From: Actinomycetales bacterium
GTDB taxonomy: Bacteria > Actinomycetota > Actinomycetes > Actinomycetales > CAVURS01
Length of the DNA: 20,000 nucleotides
Reading direction: 5' to 3'
NCBI GenBank assembly: GCA_045807245.1
Contig: JBJMHS010000011.1
Location: 47,326-67,325, forward strand
Position 1 is the first letter of the stretch. Every line of letters begins with the position of its first letter. The notes beneath the pieces were generated by a model. The model did not search any database and had not been told where the DNA came from. It saw only the letters and a list, made by a program, of their open reading frames with translations. The translations under genes were made by a program, and so were the position numbers. Shown here piece by piece: positions 1-9,118 of this stretch.

Positions 1-81
1 CTCGAGGGCACCTTCCTCGGTGGTTGCCTGTACTCCGGCCGGACGGTCGGGAGGGCGATCGCAGCCGATTTGGCCGGTTAG
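1..81 (+). CDS. 3' end of FAD-binding dehydrogenase (KsdD-like/Rv0785-like family), partial
   Basis: Frame 1 reads LEGTFLGGCLYSGRTVGRAIAADLAG*; LEGTFLGGC.SGR is the characteristic C-terminal motif of this family. Not in ORF track because it is 5'-truncated. Confidence 0.85.
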   Translation, partial: LEGTFLGGCLYSGRTVGRAIAADLAG

Positions 82-105
82 GGCCGATACGCTACGGTAG
101 GTGCC

Positions 106-150
106 TCGTGCCCGACACCGTTGTTACAGGGGCTTCGGTGTCGGGCGCGA
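106..150. terminator. Hairpin between convergent genes, likely terminator
   Basis: GCCCGACACCG (110-120) pairs perfectly with CGGTGTCGGGC (136-146) and extends with a G-U pair; lies between the stop at 81 (+) and the stop at 240 (-). Confidence 0.55.
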
Positions 151-166
151 CCCATGTCCGGACCAT

Positions 167-229
167 GGTTCCGCCGCAGGCGGACGAGGTTCCCCCGCAC
201 GCGGACGAGGTTCCGCGGCACGCGGACGA
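167..229. repeat. 3 x 21-bp tandem repeat GGTTCCnnnGCAnGCGGACGA
   Basis: Units at 167-187, 188-208 and 209-229 differ at only a few positions; intergenic. Confidence 0.9.
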
Positions 230-239
230 TCCCCGAGGG

Positions 240-758
240 TCACAGCGCCAGCGACTTCAGCAGCGCCAGGGCGATCTCGTCCGCCCTCTCGTGCGCCTCG
301 AGCTGGGTCGGGAGCTCGCCGAACGGCAGGTCGACGTGGTGACCGTCGCGCAGAGCGATCCGCCACGAGCTGAGGAGCGCGTCGCCTTCCTCCGCGGCGA
401 CCGGCCGCCAGTGCCGCCCGTCGTCGTCGTGCGGCAGAGTGCTCACCCACACGACCTCCCGGATCGCGGTGGCCCAGCAGTCGTACGTGGCACCGTCGTC
501 ATGCCCGAGCTGGTGCACGTACGCCTCGCTGTCCCAGTGCGGATGCGCCGAGCGCGCCTCGGCACAGCCGAACAGGCCGCCGGCGAGGACGGCGACCTTC
601 CAGCGGGTGCCGTGGTCGTGGATGGCTTGGCACAGCACCGCTTCCGGCTTGGGACCGAACGTCGCAGCGCAGCGGGCGACGAGCGGTGGCGGAGGTGTCT
701 CACCGTCCGCCGTCAACAGCTTGGTCCAGGTGGCGATCAGGTCTTCGTCGCGGTCCAC
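240..758 (-). CDS. Hypothetical protein, 172 aa
   Basis: GTG start preceded by strong SD GAGGAGG (764-770 on minus strand); globular-looking composition and GC3-biased codons. Confidence 0.7.
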   Translation of the reverse strand: MDRDEDLIATWTKLLTADGETPPPPLVARCAATFGPKPEAVLCQAIHDHGTRWKVAVLAGGLFGCAEARSAHPHWDSEAYVHQLGHDDGATYDCWATAIREVVWVSTLPHDDDGRHWRPVAAEEGDALLSSWRIALRDGHHVDLPFGELPTQLEAHERADEIALALLKSLAL

Positions 759-904
759 CGAAGCCTCCTCAGCCCTGTGTCGATCATCAGACCGTAGCCG
801 GGTCAGGGCTACTGCGCTCGCGTAGCGGACACCGTAGGCGGACCTCGGGTCGCTGTTCTAGGTTGGTCCCCGACTCGGGCCTTGCGACCCTCGAAGGAGA
901 CCCG

Positions 905-1747
905 GTGCGACGTACATCACGAATCGGGCTGGCGGCCGCCATCACGGCAGTCGCTGCCGCTACCGCGCTGGCGGGACTCGCTCCATCCGCGGCCGCGACG
1001 ACGCCAGTGGTGCGAGCGAGCCTGAACTTCGCCACGCCCGAGGCCGGCAAGACGGTCACGACGCTGACCGTGGGCGGCGCCTACTACCGGACGTTGACCG
1101 CGTCGGTTGTCACATTGAACGGCGGCAAGGCCGTCTCCACGGTGAGCGGCGTGTGCTGCAACAACGCGATCGACTTCCCCGGGTACGTCGCGCGCGGCAG
1201 CCAGCCGCCGCTGGCCGTCGTGGCGATCAAGAACAAGACCTCGTCGCTCGACCCGCTCAACGGTGGCACCGGCAGCTTCACGTGGCAGGCCGACTTCTCG
1301 CTCGACGACAACGTGGGCACCGACGCGCTGGACGGCGACAACCTGCTGCAGCGCGGCCTCAGCCCGCAGAAGCAGTGGAAGCTCAGCGTCGACAAGCACG
1401 CCGCCCAGTGCTTCGTTCGCACGGTCGCGAACGCGGCGGCGGTGGTCACGCCGGTGATCCACATCCCGAACCAGACGACGAACGTCAGGTGGTACCGCGC
1501 CATCTGCAACCGGTCGGCGACCGGAGTGCTGTCGCTGAGGGTCTACGCCCGCAGCATCAGCGCCGGCACGTGGGTGGCGTTCGGGACGTCCACGGCGGCG
1601 GACCGGACCGTTGGCGACCTGAACATGACCTGGACCACCCCGGTCAGCGTCGGCGGGAAGCTGTCGAGCGGGACGACCATCGCGACCTCGCCGGCGGCGG
1701 ACCAGTTCAACGGCCGGGTCGACAACGTCATCATCACTCTCGGGTGA
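905..1747 (+). CDS. Secreted protein with concanavalin-A/LamG-like beta-sandwich
   Basis: SD GAAGGAG just before GTG 905 (ORF track start 686 looks over-extended); signal peptide MRRTSRIGLAAAITAVAAATALAGLAPSAAA; C-terminal VSVGGK...DQFNGRVDNVII resembles LamG-like endings. Confidence 0.7.
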   Translation: MRRTSRIGLAAAITAVAAATALAGLAPSAAATTPVVRASLNFATPEAGKTVTTLTVGGAYYRTLTASVVTLNGGKAVSTVSGVCCNNAIDFPGYVARGSQPPLAVVAIKNKTSSLDPLNGGTGSFTWQADFSLDDNVGTDALDGDNLLQRGLSPQKQWKLSVDKHAAQCFVRTVANAAAVVTPVIHIPNQTTNVRWYRAICNRSATGVLSLRVYARSISAGTWVAFGTSTAADRTVGDLNMTWTTPVSVGGKLSSGTTIATSPAADQFNGRVDNVIITLG

Positions 1748-1754
1748 CTCTCGG

Positions 1755-1970
1755 GTGACTCGCAGTACAGAGGGCGGTTCGCCCGAGTCCCAGCTCGACG
1801 TGCTGCGTCGCTGGCAGGATGCCGGCGGGCACTGGGTCGTCGTGCACCGAGCGCCGGGTCGAGTCGTCGTGTCCCTGCAGCGGTGCGACGGCGGAGAGGA
1901 GGTGCAGCGCCTCACCGCGACGGAGGACGACGTACTCGGTTATCTCGCGGAGCGCGACGAATCCGACTGA
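1755..1970 (+). CDS. Small hypothetical protein, 71 aa (actinobacterial type)
   Basis: LRRWQDAGGHW...LQRCDGGEEVQRL pattern; starts 8 nt after the upstream stop. Confidence 0.7.
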   Translation: MTRSTEGGSPESQLDVLRRWQDAGGHWVVVHRAPGRVVVSLQRCDGGEEVQRLTATEDDVLGYLAERDESD

Positions 1971-2034
1971 CGCTCCTTCCGCGTCACGGTCCCAGGCCGC
2001 TCGATGTGCAGCTCGGCGTCAAGCAGCGGGCAGC

Positions 2035-2232
2035 TCAGGCCGCGACGAACACTTCGGAGCCGTGCTCGTAGCGCAGCACGCGCCGGTCACCCTCCACCTC
2101 GTCGGTGAGGACGTACACGGCCCATCCGCCGTCGAGCGTGTCGAAGTACCGCGGCCGGCGGGCAGCCGGGACCGTGTCGAGCCGCCCGTCGAGCGGGCCT
2201 CCGCGCAACACGGTGGGGATGTCTTCGTACAT
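2035..2232 (-). CDS. Small hypothetical protein, 65 aa (LRGGPLDG motif)
   Basis: AGGAGGGAG SD upstream of ATG 2232; MYEDIPTVLRGGPLDGR... contains a GGPxDG motif common in small actinobacterial proteins. Confidence 0.65.
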   Translation of the reverse strand: MYEDIPTVLRGGPLDGRLDTVPAARRPRYFDTLDGGWAVYVLTDEVEGDRRVLRYEHGSEVFVAA

Positions 2233-2370
2233 GAGCCGCTCCCTCCTGCGTGGCTTCGATGGGCTCTCCACAGGAGTCGGCACAGCGCGCACTAGTCCTG
2301 AGTGTTGAGGCCGAACGGGTGACCGAGGTTGCTCCGCACGCGGTACGGATTGGGCTGGGTGTAGTCCGTT

Positions 2371-2407
2371 CGGTGGGCGGGCCGACCTGGGGTCGGCCCG
2401 CCCACCG
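2371..2407 (-). terminator. Intrinsic terminator hairpin of the large secreted-protein gene
   Basis: Perfect 17-bp stem CGGTGGGCGGGCCGACC / GGTCGGCCCGCCCACCG with 3-nt loop, 3 nt after the stop at 2411. Confidence 0.8.
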
Positions 2408-2410
2408 GTG

Positions 2411-5400
2411 TCAGGAGCCGAACCAGGTCAGCGCCCGCTTCATCAAGTCGTTCTTCTGCGTGGCCGTCCCGTAGGCCTCGAACGGGAAGGCGAGGAAGAC
2501 GACCTTGTACGACCCGTCCGCCACCGACAGAGCGTCGGGTGCCGCCGTGTCGTCGGTGAAGGCCGCCGTTGCGGGAGCGATCGGCGTGATCTGGTCCTCG
2601 AACGTCGCTCCCAGGACCGAGTGGTCGAGCGAGACCGTGCCGACCCCGTCGCTGACCGGGTTGCCGCTCACGGCGTGGACGGCTGCCGTCGCCTGGTCGT
2701 TCTGGGCATCCGTGCCGTCCCAGTCGATGTGCAGGTAGTCGTGCACGAACGCGGTGGTGCCGGCGGCCTGGTCGAGGATGTCCTGACCCGACATGAACAG
2801 TCGCCCACCACCGTCGAGGAACGCCTTGAGCTCGCGCTCGTACGGCGTGATCGGCGCCGGGTAGGTGTTACCCGTGAACCAGACGGCAGTGGAGTGTGCC
2901 GTGAGGTACGACTGCGGAAGTTCGGGCTTCGCAGCCAGGTCCCAGGTGCTGTAGGCGACACCGTTGGCCGCCAAGGCGTTCTGGTAGTACGCCTGGACGT
3001 CCGGGGCGCCACCGTCCTGGTCGACCACGAGGGTGTCGACTGCGACCGCGATCGTGGTCAGCGTCGCCGACCCCGACACACCGGAGTCTGTTACTGATGT
3101 CGCCGTGAACGCCGTGTCGTTGGTGGCGTTGTCGGCGGCTCCGCCGGGCACGTCCACCTTGACGCAGACGTCGAGCGTCTCACCCGGCTGCACAGTCGGG
3201 GTTGTCGTCATCGCGGTCGTGCAGGTGGCGTCGTACGCCGTCGCCGTCCATCCGCTGGATGTCGTGACGGAGTAGCTGTCGGGCATGAAGCCCTCGTTCG
3301 TCACGTGCTCGGTGAACGTCGACGCGGTCCCAACCTTGGCGCCCTCCGTATCGCTGGCCGGCTCGACGCTCACGGCGTGCTCGGGAGCGATCGGCGTGCT
3401 GTGTGGGCTACCGGTCGTGCCGGGGCCCTCGGCCGACGTCACCGTGATGCCGTCGTTGACGATGGCGTGCACGGTCGACGGCAGGCTCGGCGAGATCTTC
3501 ACGGAGAAGGTCACCGACACACTGCCACCGGCTGGGACGCTCAGCCCGGACCAGGAGACGCGACCCTGGCTCAGCGTGCCGCCCGACCCGGCCGAGACGA
3601 ACGTCGTGTTGTCCGGCACGCGGTCGACGACCTTGACCCCGGTGGCCGGCGCGTTGCCGATGTTCTTCACCGTGATCGTGTAGTCGATGTTGCGTCCGGG
3701 TCCGACGGGTGCGCCGGAGTCAGCCTTGGACACCACGAGCGCCGCCTCGGCGTTGCGGTTGTTCAGCGTGTACGCGCCGCGTCCGTGGGTGCCGGCGGCC
3801 AGGACGCCGTGGCTGGCGTCGTAGTCGAGCTGCCAGACCGCGACCTTCGGGATGCCGCTGCCGAGGCGGGTCCACGAGCCGCCCTTGTTGGTCGTCACGA
3901 ACGCCCCGACGTCGGTGCCGGCGTACAGGGTCCGCGGCGAGGACGGGTCGATGACGATCGAGTTGACCGGGACGTCCGGCAGGTTGCCAGTGATGTCCTT
4001 CCACGTCTGGCCGCCGTTGCCGGTGGCGTAGACGTGGCCGGGGCGGCTCGGCGTGGCGGCGGAGAACCCGCCGTACGCCGCGTACGCGATCCGCCAGTTG
4101 GAGTGGTCCACGGCGATCTGGTTGACCGGACGGTTCGGCACCCGGCCGACGCCGACGCGAGTCCAGCTGGGGCTGTCCGAGCTGACCGCGTCCGGGCTCG
4201 CCCACAGCCAGCCCTCGTCCGTGCCGGCGTACGCGCCCGTGCCGCCGTCGGCCAGGCCGATCGTCGAGACGAAGCAGCCCCGTGCGCCGTTGGGAGCGGC
4301 GCCGGTGCATCCGCTGGTGAGGTCGCCGCTGATGGGCGCGAAAGTGACGTCGCCGGCGGACGGTGCCTCTGCGTTGTCGCTGCGGTAGACGCGGTAGCTG
4401 CCCACGAACAGCTGGTTGACGTTGCCTCGGTTCTGCACCATGGGGATGTAGAACTCGGCCCGGTCGTGGGTGTTGATGCCGCCGTCGATCGCCTCGTTGC
4501 CGAAGATCGTGCCGACCTTGGTCGGGTCGAACCGGTACGGCGACAAGGCGGTGTAGGTGCCGAAGACGTACGCCGGGAGGTTCGGGTTGAGGGGGTTCGG
4601 GGTCGTCTGGTCGACAACCACCTGGCCGCCGTCACCGCCCGCCTGGTCGAACCAGCGGTTGTTCGCAAGGGACTTGCGCAGCGTGCCGTTGTCCTGCGTG
4701 CCGCCCCAGTACTGACCGGGGACGAGCGGGACCGTCGCGATGGACGAGAACTGGGTGATCGCGAGGTTGGTCGAGTGGACCAGCACGCCGGTGTTCGGGT
4801 CGACCTGGCCGTTGAGGTCCTGCCAGTCCACCGCCGTCAGCGGGTCGGTCGCCGCGTTCCGGCCGCCGCCCGTGAACGACTGCCACACGCCGCCGTCGTT
4901 GCCGATGGCAATGTGCTGGGTGTTGTTCGGCTGGAAGGCGATCGCGTGGAAGTCCGGGTGCAGGTCGTAGCCGAGGTTCTGCCACGTCGCGCCGCCGTCC
5001 TTGGACCGGTAGATGCCGCCGGACTGCGGGGACTGGTCGTAGCCGTAGCTGCCCTCGACATAGACGATGTCCGGGTTGTTCGGGTCCGGCTTGACCTCGT
5101 TGTCGTAGAAGCACTGCGAACCAGCGGTGGCGCAGTAGTTGAAGATCGAGTCCGGCTTGGTCCCGGTGGCCGTCGCGGTCCAGTGGGCGCCGTTGTCGAT
5201 GCTCTTGTAGACCTGCGGCTGGTGGTAGTGGTCGCTGAGGTCGAAGTAGTCGAAGCCTGTGTAGACGGTGGTCGTGGCCGATCCGGCCGGGTGCGAGAGA
5301 CCGAGCGAGAACCGCGTGCCGCCCTCGAGGAAGTTGCCGGCGGGCAGGTCGCCCAGCGCGCTCGCCCAGGTGTGGCCGCCGTTCGTGCTGCGGTACATGC

Positions 5401-6337
5401 CGTCGCCCCAGAACGAGGCCCACAGGATCTGGGCGTTCTGCGGGTCCATGACGAGGTCGGTAGCACCATGCAGCTCGTCGCTGGTGCCCTTGCGCAGCGT
5501 CCAGCTGGTGCCGCCGTTCGTCGACTCCCACACGCCGTACTTGGCGGTGGCCGGATGCGTCGTGCGGTGGTTGCCGCCGCGACCACGCACGGTGGAGGCG
5601 AACAGATGGTTGGCGTTGGCCGGGTCGACGACGATGTCCGAGACGGCCTGGCCGGTGAACAGGCTCGAGACGTGCGTCCAGCTGACGCCGCCGTTCGTCG
5701 ACTTGTAGATGCCGTCGCCGAAGTAGCTGTCGCCGGAGAGGGCGCCCTCACCGGAGCCCATGTAGACGATGTTGTCGTTGCTCGGCGCGATGGCGAGCGC
5801 GCCGACGGACTGGGTGTCGCTGTCGTTGGTCCGCGAGGTCCACGTGCCCGAGGTCGCGTCGTACGTCCAGACACCGCCCTGCGCGGCGCCGAGGATGATC
5901 GTGCCGTCGTTGCGGATGGCCAGTGCCCCGATGCGCCCGGCCACAGCCTCGAAGGTGTTGCTCGTCCGCCCGACCTGGACGATCGGGTTCGGGCCCTGGC
6001 TGGTCCAGGTGCCACCGCGGGCCGCGCCGCGGACAGCGTTGTTAGTGATCGTGGCGGCCTTGGCGTTCGCCTTCGACCGCAGCTGGGCGGCCTGGTCGAG
6101 CGTGATCGGGTTGTCGCCGGACAGCAGACGGCTCCAGTAGTACGCGTCGCGCAGCTTGTCGAAGCTGCCCCCCTCGCTCTCCTCCGACCCGTGGTCGCCC
6201 TTGGGCGTCAGCAGGACCGGGGTGTCGTCCGGTATCGGCGCCGCGGAGCTCGCGGGTGGGGACGCGACCAAGGTGAATCCGGCGGCGACGGCCACAGCCA
6301 GGTAGGGGGCGATCCTCGACGACAAACCAGCGCGCAT
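2411..6337 (-). CDS. Large secreted Asp-box/BNR-repeat beta-propeller protein (sortilin/GH74-like fold) with DUF11 domain and C-terminal alpha/beta domain
   Basis: Signal peptide MRAGLSSRIAPYLAVAVAAGFTLVASPPASSA after SD GAAAGG; at least 7 Asp-boxes (KSTNGGVSW, ESTNGGTSW, RSTNGGHTW, KSIDNGAHW, RSKDGGATW, ATGNGGQTW, VTTNKGGSW); DUF11-type VSKADS..PG..IDYTITVKNIGN..ATGVKVVD; strong codon bias. Confidence 0.85.
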   Translation of the reverse strand: MRAGLSSRIAPYLAVAVAAGFTLVASPPASSAAPIPDDTPVLLTPKGDHGSEESEGGSFDKLRDAYYWSRLLSGDNPITLDQAAQLRSKANAKAATITNNAVRGAARGGTWTSQGPNPIVQVGRTSNTFEAVAGRIGALAIRNDGTIILGAAQGGVWTYDATSGTWTSRTNDSDTQSVGALAIAPSNDNIVYMGSGEGALSGDSYFGDGIYKSTNGGVSWTHVSSLFTGQAVSDIVVDPANANHLFASTVRGRGGNHRTTHPATAKYGVWESTNGGTSWTLRKGTSDELHGATDLVMDPQNAQILWASFWGDGMYRSTNGGHTWASALGDLPAGNFLEGGTRFSLGLSHPAGSATTTVYTGFDYFDLSDHYHQPQVYKSIDNGAHWTATATGTKPDSIFNYCATAGSQCFYDNEVKPDPNNPDIVYVEGSYGYDQSPQSGGIYRSKDGGATWQNLGYDLHPDFHAIAFQPNNTQHIAIGNDGGVWQSFTGGGRNAATDPLTAVDWQDLNGQVDPNTGVLVHSTNLAITQFSSIATVPLVPGQYWGGTQDNGTLRKSLANNRWFDQAGGDGGQVVVDQTTPNPLNPNLPAYVFGTYTALSPYRFDPTKVGTIFGNEAIDGGINTHDRAEFYIPMVQNRGNVNQLFVGSYRVYRSDNAEAPSAGDVTFAPISGDLTSGCTGAAPNGARGCFVSTIGLADGGTGAYAGTDEGWLWASPDAVSSDSPSWTRVGVGRVPNRPVNQIAVDHSNWRIAYAAYGGFSAATPSRPGHVYATGNGGQTWKDITGNLPDVPVNSIVIDPSSPRTLYAGTDVGAFVTTNKGGSWTRLGSGIPKVAVWQLDYDASHGVLAAGTHGRGAYTLNNRNAEAALVVSKADSGAPVGPGRNIDYTITVKNIGNAPATGVKVVDRVPDNTTFVSAGSGGTLSQGRVSWSGLSVPAGGSVSVTFSVKISPSLPSTVHAIVNDGITVTSAEGPGTTGSPHSTPIAPEHAVSVEPASDTEGAKVGTASTFTEHVTNEGFMPDSYSVTTSSGWTATAYDATCTTAMTTTPTVQPGETLDVCVKVDVPGGAADNATNDTAFTATSVTDSGVSGSATLTTIAVAVDTLVVDQDGGAPDVQAYYQNALAANGVAYSTWDLAAKPELPQSYLTAHSTAVWFTGNTYPAPITPYERELKAFLDGGGRLFMSGQDILDQAAGTTAFVHDYLHIDWDGTDAQNDQATAAVHAVSGNPVSDGVGTVSLDHSVLGATFEDQITPIAPATAAFTDDTAAPDALSVADGSYKVVFLAFPFEAYGTATQKNDLMKRALTWFGS

Positions 6338-6502
6338 GCAACCGACCTTTCGCACAATGGGTCGGGCGCCAGGGGTGTCGGCCCACGATCCCGTGGGGGA
6401 GCCTGCACCGCTGTGACGCTTAGCGCAAGAGGTTGCAGAAGATTGTCATGAACGTACGTCGCGCCGGTCACCGCTTGCGACGGACAGCGGCCATCCGGGG
6501 GA

Positions 6503-6772
6503 TCAGCAGGGGGGCATGTTGTCCAGCGAGTTGCCCAGGACGGCGTCCAGCCCAGAGGCGATCGTCTTGACGCCGCAGTAGCAGTCGTAGGCCCGCACGG
6601 TGCCGAACTTGCCGGCGCCGAAGGTGTAGTAGGTGTCGCCCTGGCCCATCCGGAAGCGGACCGTCTCGACGGTCTGGTGCCGTCCGTCGGCCAGGCCCAC
6701 CGACAGGACGTGGCTGTGGGCCGGAGGGCGCGGGTTCGACCGTGTCGTACAGGTGATTTGGTGCGCAGTCAT
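6503..6772 (-). CDS. DUF3892-family small protein, 89 aa
   Basis: MTAHQITCT...HSHVLSVG...DTYYT...NSLDNMPPC matches the DUF3892 pattern (N-terminal ITC, C-terminal NL..LP.C); the 345-aa track ORF looks over-extended. Confidence 0.75.
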   Translation of the reverse strand: MTAHQITCTTRSNPRPPAHSHVLSVGLADGRHQTVETVRFRMGQGDTYYTFGAGKFGTVRAYDCYCGVKTIASGLDAVLGNSLDNMPPC

Positions 6773-6898
6773 GGCAACGCTCCATCCAGGCCGGTCCCTT
6801 CGCATTGAACCAGTCCGGGCGCTCAGGTTGTCGCTAGCGAGGCGGTATCTCTCGCGAACCGGTCCCCCTCCTCCTTCGTAGTCAAGGAGGTGGAACCC

Positions 6899-7096
6899 AT
6901 GATCGAGCTGACCGTCTGTCCCGAGTGCGACGCATCGGCGGAGGTGCTCTGGCGTGTGACGCTGGACAGCACTGACGGCCCGATCGAACACGCGCGCGTG
7001 GTGTGTGTGCGCAAGCACTTCTTCTGGCTCCCGGTCGGGGCGCTGCCCGACGTACCGATGCTCGCCGAGGAGCCGGCCCGCGAGCGCCTGACCTGA
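6899..7096 (+). CDS. Small zinc-ribbon-like protein, 65 aa
   Basis: SD AAGGAGG then ATG 6899; CPEC...STDGPIEH..V.CVRKHFF..P supplies CxxC/CxxxH ligands. Confidence 0.8.
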   Translation: MIELTVCPECDASAEVLWRVTLDSTDGPIEHARVVCVRKHFFWLPVGALPDVPMLAEEPARERLT

Positions 7097-7204
7097 CCGA
7101 CCGGCGTACGACGAGCGGTTGCGTTGCCGCTGAAGGCGAGCGACAGTTGAAGCGACCTTCGATAGGGAGGGCTGAGACTGCTGATCAGGTGAGGTTGACG
7201 CACC

Positions 7205-7564
7205 GTGGCTCCTTCTCCCGCGCTCAGGACGCGCGCTTCCTCGGTTGTCCGTCCGGTGCTGGTGCTCGTCAACGAAGCGTGCCGTTGTCGCGTCGCTTAC
7301 GTGGCTCGTATCCCGAGCGGCTGGGTGGTCTACGGCACGCGGCGCCGGCTGAGGGAGACCCCGTCCGGCCCTCGCCTGGTGAAGCAGCCGTTCCGCAACC
7401 TCTTGACGGCTACGGGGTCGGGCCGCTGGCAGTGCGTGCACGGCAGCGGGCCATTGAGCCACGTCGACCTGCTGGCAGCGGCGGCGCAGGCCGAGGGACG
7501 GACCCACTTCCCGGTCGTCGGGCAGGAGCAGTCGTCGCACGAGATCGGGAACCGCGCGTCATAG
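7205..7564 (+). CDS. Hypothetical protein, 119 aa
   Basis: GAGGT SD before GTG; colinear with neighbouring + strand genes; no recognisable domain. Confidence 0.5.
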   Translation: MAPSPALRTRASSVVRPVLVLVNEACRCRVAYVARIPSGWVVYGTRRRLRETPSGPRLVKQPFRNLLTATGSGRWQCVHGSGPLSHVDLLAAAAQAEGRTHFPVVGQEQSSHEIGNRAS

Positions 7565-7580
7565 CGAGGCGCCTACCGGT

Positions 7581-7766
7581 GTGAGCTGCTCTTCGTGCGG
7601 CGGCAGCCTGCGGGTCAGCTGCTCGCCCTCGACATCCGTCGGCGCCGGGCTCAGCCTGGCCACTGCCGACCCCGTGCTCGCCGACCTGGACGACGAGACG
7701 CTGCGACGCGAGCTGTTGCGCTGCGCCCAAGCCCTGTTGCCCAACGCCGCGCGGCGCAGACGCTAG
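7581..7766 (+). CDS. Small hypothetical protein with N-terminal CxxC, 61 aa
   Basis: Starts 16 nt after the previous stop with GAGG upstream; MSCSSCGG...DLDDETLRRELLR. Confidence 0.45.
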   Translation: MSCSSCGGSLRVSCSPSTSVGAGLSLATADPVLADLDDETLRRELLRCAQALLPNAARRRR

Positions 7767-7807
7767 GTCAGGCGATGCCGACAAACGGTGGTGACGCCGG
7801 CACCGAA

Positions 7808-7836
7808 TGTAACGCTGGTCCAGGGCGTGACGTTGG
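7808..7836 (+). promoter_or_regulatory. ECF-sigma-like promoter TGTAAC-N17-CGTTGG (copy 1)
   Basis: TGTAACGCTGG-N10-GACGTTGG, repeated at 7949. Confidence 0.5.
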
Positions 7837-7948
7837 GCTTCACAGGGGGCGGTCCGCCTCTCCCGAGCCGCTTGCGGGCCGCCCCTACTTACCTACTGCG
7901 ACGGGTGCTCCACGGTGAGCGGCTGTCGGTCGGACCGAGCCGCCGCGG

Positions 7949-7977
7949 TGTAACGCTGGACAGCCCGACGACGTTGG
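7949..7977 (+). promoter_or_regulatory. ECF-sigma-like promoter TGTAAC-N17-CGTTGG (copy 2)
   Basis: Same boxes and spacing as 7808; about 95 nt upstream of ATG 8072. Confidence 0.55.
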
Positions 7978-8071
7978 CCGGTCATCAACATCCGACGGTC
8001 AAGAGCGCGGCTGTCGTCAACTCACGGCGGAACCCCGATGGCGGTTGCCGCTTAGGAGAGGACGGCCCCCG

Positions 8072-8671
8072 ATGCCCGTTGGTCCCCACCTGTCAATCAC
8101 ACCGCACCGGGCCACCCGCCGGTGGGCGCTTCGACCAGCCGTAGCGCTGTTCCTGGCCCTGCTGGCCGCGCTGACCGCGACCATGACGGCACAGGCCGCC
8201 ACCACGACGTGGCGACAGTCGCTCGCCGCGGCAAACGGCACCACCAGCACCGGCACCATCACCTGGGACAACACTGCGTTCTCAGAGAAGCTGACCGTCA
8301 AGACCGGCACCTTGGCCACCGGGAAGTGCGTGACGGTGTACTTCGACTGGGTCAGCCACACGCACAACGACGCCCGGGCCGTGCGCAACTGCCAGAGCAA
8401 CTCCACGCTCACCTATACGTTCACTGAGACGGACACCAGCCAGCTCACCGGCAAGGTGAGCAAGAATGGCGTCTGCTACGGCATCAAGGACCAGCGCGGC
8501 ACCTGCATCGGCACGCAGACGATCACGAACGACTGGACGCCGTGGCCGGATACCACCCGGACCGCGCCGTGCGACCTGAGCTGGGTCCTGCGCAACGCCA
8601 ACGGCACCATCACCAAGTTCCTCGACCCGCATCCCACCAGCGCCGCACTACGCAGCGGCGGCACCTGCTGA
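8072..8671 (+). CDS. Secreted Thr/Cys-rich hypothetical protein, 199 aa
   Basis: SD AGGAGAGG before ATG 8072; signal peptide ...RRWALRPAVALFLALLAALTATMTAQA; six Cys in the mature part. Confidence 0.75.
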   Translation: MPVGPHLSITPHRATRRWALRPAVALFLALLAALTATMTAQAATTTWRQSLAAANGTTSTGTITWDNTAFSEKLTVKTGTLATGKCVTVYFDWVSHTHNDARAVRNCQSNSTLTYTFTETDTSQLTGKVSKNGVCYGIKDQRGTCIGTQTITNDWTPWPDTTRTAPCDLSWVLRNANGTITKFLDPHPTSAALRSGGTC

Positions 8672-8674
8672 GCC

Positions 8675-9025
8675 ATGCGACAGGCACCAGCTCGGGCGGG
8701 TCACGACGAAGCAGGCCCAGCCAGCGTGGAGGTCAAGGAGCTCGGCCAGCTCACCGTGATCGCCCTCTCCGGAGTCCTGGACATAGACGCGTCGGACCAG
8801 CTCACCCACGCCGCCCACCAGGCGGCCCACCGCGAGCTGCCCATCCAGATCGACATGGCCCATGCACAGTTCATCGACAGCAGCGCCATGTCGATGTTCG
8901 TGCGACTGGTCGCCGCCGAACGACGGTTCGGCCGCGACCTTGTCGTCACGGGAGCATCAGCCGGCGTGCGCCAAGCATTCAAGACCGCCGGCCTGGACCG
9001 GATCCTGACCTTCAACGACACCTGA
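8675..9025 (+). CDS. STAS-domain anti-sigma factor antagonist
   Basis: VIALSGVLDI...IDMAHAQFIDSSAMSMFV...VRQAFKTAGLDRIL is a classic STAS with the phosphoacceptor DSS motif. Confidence 0.9.
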   Translation: MRQAPARAGHDEAGPASVEVKELGQLTVIALSGVLDIDASDQLTHAAHQAAHRELPIQIDMAHAQFIDSSAMSMFVRLVAAERRFGRDLVVTGASAGVRQAFKTAGLDRILTFNDT

Positions 9026-9118
9026 GCGAGCGGCCTCGGGTCCGACCGCCCTCGGAGCGGCAAGCGCTGACGATCCAGCCGAGACGTCTATGACCCGGCC
9101 ACCGTGAGGCGTGGTCGC

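Noticed and set aside
167..229. Possible CRISPR array
   Set aside because: Units are contiguous 21-mers with no unique spacers and no cas genes nearby; simple tandem repeat.
3305..6451. 1048-aa + strand ORF and other long overlapping ORFs
   Set aside because: Antisense or alternate-frame shadows of the GC3-biased 2411-6337 gene; Arg/Val/Gly-rich with no motifs.
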